64,000 nt of DNA. Origin: Candidatus Entotheonellaceae bacterium. Its GTDB lineage: Bacteria > Tectomicrobia > Entotheonellia > Entotheonellales > Entotheonellaceae. The stretch spans positions 2,624,001 to 2,688,000 of the forward strand of contig OZ250173.1 in assembly GCA_965238075.1 (NCBI GenBank), written 5' to 3'. A program made the position numbers and the translations under genes. This document shows, in pieces, positions 58,873 through 64,000 of this stretch. How positions within the stretch are numbered: the first letter of the stretch is position 1; the number at the start of each line of letters is the position of its first letter. Below the pieces are notes generated by a model. It made no database searches. It was given only the letters and a program-made list of their open reading frames with translations, and was not told where the DNA came from.

Positions 58873-60507
58873 CTAAGTCGTATAATCCGTAAAACGCAGC
58901 GTCGTGGCGCGCGCCCGGAAGTCCGTCTTGACGTTCACGATGGCGGGCTTGCCGGAAGCATAGGCGCGTTCCAGAGCCGGGCGAATGTCGCCGGGCTTTT
59001 CCACGTACTCGCCGTGCCCGCCAAAGGCGTCCATCATCTTCTCGTAGCGCTGGTATCCCAGCGTCCGACCCACCTTGTTGCCTTCCGGATCGGCCGTCCA
59101 GCCACCGTTCAGGCTGATCACCGTGACGATGGGAATGTTGTGCCGCACGGCCGTATCCATCTCCATGGCGTTCATGCCGAACGAGCCGTCGCCGTGCAGA
59201 ACCATGACCTGCTTATCCGGTTGTCCCACCTTGGCGCCAACACCGAACGGCACGCCGACCCCCATGGTGCCGAAAGAGCCGGAATTGAGCCGGTGCCCCG
59301 GTCGGTACGTCGGGATGGACTGGCGGCCGTAGTTGAGAATCTCCTGGCCATCGACCACCAGAATGGCATCGCGATCCAGAAAATCCTTGACTTCCTTGCA
59401 CAGCCGCAGCGGGTGGATCGGCACCTCGTCGGAGTGCATCAGCGGCTCCAGGCGCGCTTGCCCCTTGAGATCCTGCTCGCGCAATGCGGCGATCCAGGCC
59501 GTCTCCTTCTGCGGTTCGAACTTGCCCTGAACCAGATCCAGCATCTGCTGCAAAACGGCCTTGGCGTCGCCGGCGATGCCTACGTCAACCGGCCGATTGC
59601 GGCCAATTTCGGTCGGATCGATATTCACCTGAATGGTCTTGGCGTCGGCATTAAAGCGCGGCGCCTGGCCGTGCGAGATCACGTAGTTGAAACGGGTGGC
59701 GAGAAAGAGAATGACGTCGGCCTCGCGGAAGGCCAGCGAACGGGCGCTGAGAAAACAGCGCGGGTGGTCTTCGGGCACCACGCCGCGGCCCTGCGGGGTG
59801 GTGAAGAACGGGATGCCGGTCTCGTCGACGAACTGCTGCATCTCGGCGGCAGCGTCGGCCCAGATGATGCCGGTGCCGCTGACGATCAGCGGCCGCTCCG
59901 CCCGCGACAGCATGTTGACGGCCTCAGCCACCTGACCGGCGTCACCCATGCTGCGGTGGTGCGTCTTGGCGGGCGCCGGCCACACCACGTCGTCTTCATC
60001 GACGCGGCTGTAAAGAACGTCGCCGGGGAGATCGAGGTACGACGGCCCCATCCGGCCGTTCATGGCCTGGCGATAGGCGATGTTGATGTATTCAGGCAAG
60101 CGCCTTGGGCTGATAGCCTGCCCGGCCCACTTGCTCGCCGGACGCATCATGCTGAGCTGATCGACTTCCTGAAACGTCTCGCTGTGAAAGTGGTGGATGG
60201 GGCTGGCGCCGCCGAGCGCGACCACCGGTGCGGCGTCGGTGAGGGCGTGCGCCAGGCCGGTCAGCAGGTTGGTGGCGGCGGGGCCAGAAGCGGTGGAGCA
60301 TACCCCGGCTTTGCCGGTGACGCGCGCATAGGCGTTGGCCATCATCGCCGCGGCCTGCTCGTGGCGCACGTCGATCACCTTCATACCAAGCTGGCGGCAG
60401 CTGTCCTGGGCGCCCAGCATCGGGCCACCCATGATGAAAAACATCGTGTCGGCGCCTTCGTTCTGCAGGGCACGAGCGACGAGTTCGTATCCGTATACCT
60501 CTCCCAT
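58873..60507 (-). CDS. TPP-dependent enzyme (2-hydroxyacyl-CoA lyase / oxalyl-CoA decarboxylase-like)
   Basis: DVRHEQAA, FQEVDQ, GSFGTMGVG, GDGSFG. Confidence 0.87.
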   Translation of the reverse strand: MGEVYGYELVARALQNEGADTMFFIMGGPMLGAQDSCRQLGMKVIDVRHEQAAAMMANAYARVTGKAGVCSTASGPAATNLLTGLAHALTDAAPVVALGGASPIHHFHSETFQEVDQLSMMRPASKWAGQAISPRRLPEYINIAYRQAMNGRMGPSYLDLPGDVLYSRVDEDDVVWPAPAKTHHRSMGDAGQVAEAVNMLSRAERPLIVSGTGIIWADAAAEMQQFVDETGIPFFTTPQGRGVVPEDHPRCFLSARSLAFREADVILFLATRFNYVISHGQAPRFNADAKTIQVNIDPTEIGRNRPVDVGIAGDAKAVLQQMLDLVQGKFEPQKETAWIAALREQDLKGQARLEPLMHSDEVPIHPLRLCKEVKDFLDRDAILVVDGQEILNYGRQSIPTYRPGHRLNSGSFGTMGVGVPFGVGAKVGQPDKQVMVLHGDGSFGMNAMEMDTAVRHNIPIVTVISLNGGWTADPEGNKVGRTLGYQRYEKMMDAFGGHGEYVEKPGDIRPALERAYASGKPAIVNVKTDFRARATTLRFTDYTT

Positions 60508-60699
60508 GTAACGCTCCTTGATGCGTAGTGATTGGGCTGGTTTGCCGTGTGACGTGTGATGGTACGTGGCGGAAACCGATGAGAACCCAGCGCCGGAACA
60601 GTGCCGGGGAAGTGCTCAAGCGGCGTCTATCATAGGGCCAGCCAGCGGCCAAAGGCAAGCGGGGAACCGTCCTTCGGCGGTCTTGTCCCGACCGTGGCT

Positions 60700-62091
60700 T
60701 CAGATGTGAATGGCTTCATCGTAAGCGTCGCCGACCGCCTCCATAATGGCTTCGGACAGGGTGGGGTGGGCGTGCACGGTTTTGAGAACTTCGTAGTGGG
60801 TCGTTTCGAGCGTGCGGGCGATGCCGACCTCGGCGATCAGGTCGGTGGCCTCCGAGCCGATGATGTGCGTGCCCAGGAGCTCATCCGTGTCGGCGTCGAA
60901 GATGACCTTCACCATGCCCTCGCTGTCGCCGACCGCCAGGGCCTTGCCGCTGGCTGAGAAGGGGAAACGGCCGACGCGGATATTGCGGCCGGCTTCGCGG
61001 GCGGCGTGTTCGGTGAGGCCGACGCTGGCGACCTGCGGATGGCAGTAGGTACAGCCGGGAATGTTGTCGTAGTTGACGTCGGGGTGGTCCAGGCCGGCGA
61101 TCGTTTCAACCGCGGCGATGCCTTCCGCCGACGCCACGTGCGCCAGGCACGGCTGGCCGTTGAGGTCGCCGATCGCGTAAATGCCCGGCACGTTGGTGCG
61201 ACAGTGCGTGTCCACCGGCACAAAGCCCCGTTCGCTATGCACGCCGGCGTCGTCGAGCCCGAGGGTTTCGACGTTGCCCTGCACGCCGATGGCGACCAGC
61301 ACCTTATCGGTTCGAACGGTCTGCGCGCCCTGCGGTGTGCCGACTTGCAACAGCAAGCCGTCGTCAGCTTTCTCCATGCCGTCCACCCGGCTTTCCACGA
61401 GGATGTCGATCCCCTGCTGGGTAAGTGATTTGTGCAGCGCGGCGCTGATTTCGTGGTCCTCCACCGGTAGCACCTGCGGCAGCATCTCGATGAGTGTCAC
61501 GTGGCTGCCGAAAGTGTTGTAGAGGTAGGCGAATTCGACGCCGACCGCGCCGGCGCCAATGATCGCCAAAGACCCCGGCACTTCCTGGAGCAGCATGGCC
61601 TCGGTGCTGCTGAGAACCTGTGTGCCATCGAACGGCAGGCCCGGCAGCTCGCGCGGTCGCGCGCCGGCAGCGAGGATGATGTTCGGGGCGTTCAGCGTGG
61701 CGGTGACGTTGCCCTGTTCGTCGTGCACCGAAACCGCGCCCGCTCCGGCCAGGTGGCCCGTGCCCTGTACCACCTGCACCTTGTTCTTGCGCATCAGAAA
61801 TGCCACCCCTTGCACCAACCGGTCGGCCACCTGACGGCTGCGGGCGATGACCTGCGGAAAATCGAACCGCAGGTTGTCGCAGTGCACGCCAAACTCGGCG
61901 CCCTTCCGCATCAGGTGATAAATTTCGGCATTGCGCAGCAGGGCCTTGGTCGGGATGCAGCCCCAGTTCAGGCAGATGCCGCCCAGGGCCGCCCGCTCCA
62001 CCAGCGCCACCTGCATGCCAAGCTGCGCGGCTCGAATCGCTGCCACGTATCCACCCGGTCCACCCCCGACGATGATGAGATCTTCCGCCAC
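60700..62091 (-). CDS. lpdA: Dihydrolipoyl dehydrogenase
   Basis: GGGPGG, GGICLNWGCIPTK, GAGAVG, HPTLSE. GTG start inferred. Confidence 0.96.
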   Translation of the reverse strand: MAEDLIIVGGGPGGYVAAIRAAQLGMQVALVERAALGGICLNWGCIPTKALLRNAEIYHLMRKGAEFGVHCDNLRFDFPQVIARSRQVADRLVQGVAFLMRKNKVQVVQGTGHLAGAGAVSVHDEQGNVTATLNAPNIILAAGARPRELPGLPFDGTQVLSSTEAMLLQEVPGSLAIIGAGAVGVEFAYLYNTFGSHVTLIEMLPQVLPVEDHEISAALHKSLTQQGIDILVESRVDGMEKADDGLLLQVGTPQGAQTVRTDKVLVAIGVQGNVETLGLDDAGVHSERGFVPVDTHCRTNVPGIYAIGDLNGQPCLAHVASAEGIAAVETIAGLDHPDVNYDNIPGCTYCHPQVASVGLTEHAAREAGRNIRVGRFPFSASGKALAVGDSEGMVKVIFDADTDELLGTHIIGSEATDLIAEVGIARTLETTHYEVLKTVHAHPTLSEAIMEAVGDAYDEAIHI

Positions 62092-62278
62092 GTGTTCCCC
62101 TTTGCGGGCCGTTGTCCGGCCACGGTTCTGACAGGTCTGAAATGCATCCATCCAAGGCCGTGAACATACGTTGCTGCAAGCGAAAAAGTCAACAGAACCG
62201 GCGCGTTGCGACGCCACCCCCCGTGTGCTACCGTTGCCGCCTGTTCCCAGTGGCCGCGAATGTGATGAAGGAGGGGTT

Positions 62279-63724
62279 ATGACGCAGACGCTTGCCCGAC
62301 CGGCGGATTTCTTTGACCAGCAATACGGCATGAACACGACCAGCCTGCAGCGCGTCCTGGACCGCACGCTCAGCCCGCAGATCGACTATGCCGACCTTTA
62401 TTTTCAGTACGAAGTCAGCGACGCTGTATCCCTGGAAGAAGGCGAAGTGAAGCAGGGCTCGAAGCAGATCAACCAGGGCGTCGGCATCCGGGCGCTGGCG
62501 GGTGAGAAGACGGGCTACGCGTTTTCGGACGAGATCACCGTGCCCAGCCTGGAAGCGGCGGCTCGCACGGCGCGGGAAATCGCCCAGAGCGCTTCGCAGT
62601 CGGCCAGCGTGGCCGTCCAGGGTGCGCAGGCACCGGCGCATGACCTGTACGCCGTGCAGGTTGCTGGCACCGACATTCCAGTGCAGCGCAAGCTCGATCT
62701 GTTGCAGCAAATTGACGCCTTCTGCCGCGCCTACGATCCCCGCATCACCAAGGTTCAGACCTCCTTCAGCAGCGTTCACAAACTCGTCTTGATCGCCACC
62801 TCCGAGGGCAAGGTCGTCGGCGACGTGCAACCCCTGCTGCGCCTCAACGTGACGTGTATCGCCGAAGCCGACGGCAATCGCCAGAACGGCAGCGCCGGCG
62901 GCGGCGGCCGGGTCTCGTTCGAGACGTTCATCAAGGAGGAGCAATACCTCGATTTGGCGCGTGAGGCCGCACGCCGGGCGGTGCTCAACTTGGACGCCAT
63001 CGATGCCCCGGCCGGCACGATGGACGTGGTGCTCGGCCCCGGCTGGCCGGGTATTTTGCTGCACGAGGCGATCGGCCACGGGCTGGAGGGCGACTTCAAC
63101 CGCAAGGGTACGTCGGCGTTCAGCGGCCGCATCGGCGAGCGCATCGCGTCGGAGGCGTGCACGGTGGTCGATGATGGCACCATTCCATGGCGGCGCGGTT
63201 CCCTCAACGTGGACGACGAGGGCACGCCGACGTCGCGCACTGTGTTGGTGGAAAACGGCATCCTCTGCGGCTACCTGCAGGATCGCCTGAACGCCCGCTT
63301 GATGGGCATGGCGCCCACCGGCAACGGCCGCCGGCAGAGCTACGCCCACATGCCGATGCCGCGCATGACCAACACCTTCATGCTCAATGGCGAATCGACG
63401 CCCGAGGAAATCATCAGCTCGGTCGCGTCGGGCCTCTACGCGGTGTCGTTTGGCGGTGGGCAGGTGGACATTACCAACGGCAAGTTCGTCTTTTCGGCCA
63501 ATGAAGCCTATCTGATCGAGGACGGCAAGGTGACGCGGCCGGTCAAGGGTGCCAGCCTGATCGGCAACGGGCCGGACGTCTTGACCCGCATCAACATGGT
63601 CGGCAACGACTTCGCGCTCGATACCGGCGTCGGCACCTGCGGCAAGAACGGCCAGGCAGTGCCGGTGGGCGTGGGCATGCCGACGATTCGCATGAACGCG
63701 GTTACGGTCGGCGGTACGCAATAG
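62279..63724 (+). CDS. tldD: Metalloprotease TldD
   Basis: LHEAIGHGLEGD, PRMTNT, GTCGKNGQ. Confidence 0.96.
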   Translation: MTQTLARPADFFDQQYGMNTTSLQRVLDRTLSPQIDYADLYFQYEVSDAVSLEEGEVKQGSKQINQGVGIRALAGEKTGYAFSDEITVPSLEAAARTAREIAQSASQSASVAVQGAQAPAHDLYAVQVAGTDIPVQRKLDLLQQIDAFCRAYDPRITKVQTSFSSVHKLVLIATSEGKVVGDVQPLLRLNVTCIAEADGNRQNGSAGGGGRVSFETFIKEEQYLDLAREAARRAVLNLDAIDAPAGTMDVVLGPGWPGILLHEAIGHGLEGDFNRKGTSAFSGRIGERIASEACTVVDDGTIPWRRGSLNVDDEGTPTSRTVLVENGILCGYLQDRLNARLMGMAPTGNGRRQSYAHMPMPRMTNTFMLNGESTPEEIISSVASGLYAVSFGGGQVDITNGKFVFSANEAYLIEDGKVTRPVKGASLIGNGPDVLTRINMVGNDFALDTGVGTCGKNGQAVPVGVGMPTIRMNAVTVGGTQ

Positions 63725-63761
63725 GACAGGGCGTTGGCGATTCACGACGGGAGAAACAGGG

Positions 63762-64000
63762 ATGACGATTGAGCCTCAGGTGGTGCAGGACCTGCTGCAA
63801 ACGGCGCGCGCACGCGGCGCCACCGGCGGCGATGCGCTGCTGGTGGACAGCACGTCTTTCGAGGCGCAGGTGCGGTTGGGAGACGTCGAGACGGTACAGA
63901 ATTCGCACCAGAAGCGCCTGGGCCTGCGGCTGTTCTTCGGACAGCGCTCGGCCACCACGTCAACCTCGGATTTCTCACCGGCGTCGTTGCGGCAACTGCT
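63762..64000 (+). CDS. pmbA: TldE/PmbA family protein, 5' part (runs off window)
   Basis: MTIEPQVVQDLLQTARARGATGGDA…VRLGDVE…LGLRLFFGQRSATTSTSD, directly after tldD. Confidence 0.85.
   Translation, partial: MTIEPQVVQDLLQTARARGATGGDALLVDSTSFEAQVRLGDVETVQNSHQKRLGLRLFFGQRSATTSTSDFSPASLRQL

Noticed and set aside
62279-64000. RiPP cluster around tldD/pmbA
   Set aside because: No precursor peptide, YcaO or radical SAM gene nearby; housekeeping context.

Overview
A GC-rich bacterial chromosomal window packed with housekeeping genes (pgi, msrA, glmS, lpdA, prlC, tldD/pmbA, a csp gene, NAPRT plus NAD kinase) and many catabolic or redox paralogues: three amidohydrolases, two secreted cyclase-family proteins, two NHL proteins, two TPP enzymes, an LLM monooxygenase, a branched-chain-type ABC importer, RND and MFS efflux. 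Five things stand out. (1) Two selenoprotein genes are hidden by in-frame UGA codons, each followed by a SECIS-like hairpin: an exported rhodanese (YUTCP, 36848-37402) and a UGSC-family protein (DUGSCSSC, 44164-44688) co-oriented with a DGLP-motif partner and comA. (2) Two directly repeated XerC/D dif-like sites with 7-bp spacers (30085-30113, 31918-31946) bracket an intact ada gene flanked by truncated gene remnants. (3) A single-chain MoxR AAA+/vWA fusion. (4) A startless DUF559 nuclease sits beside its own REP-like palindrome family. (5) Several other REP families and a deletion-collapsed permease pseudogene. No rRNA, tRNA or CRISPR array was seen. All calls are by eye from the sequence; no searches were run.
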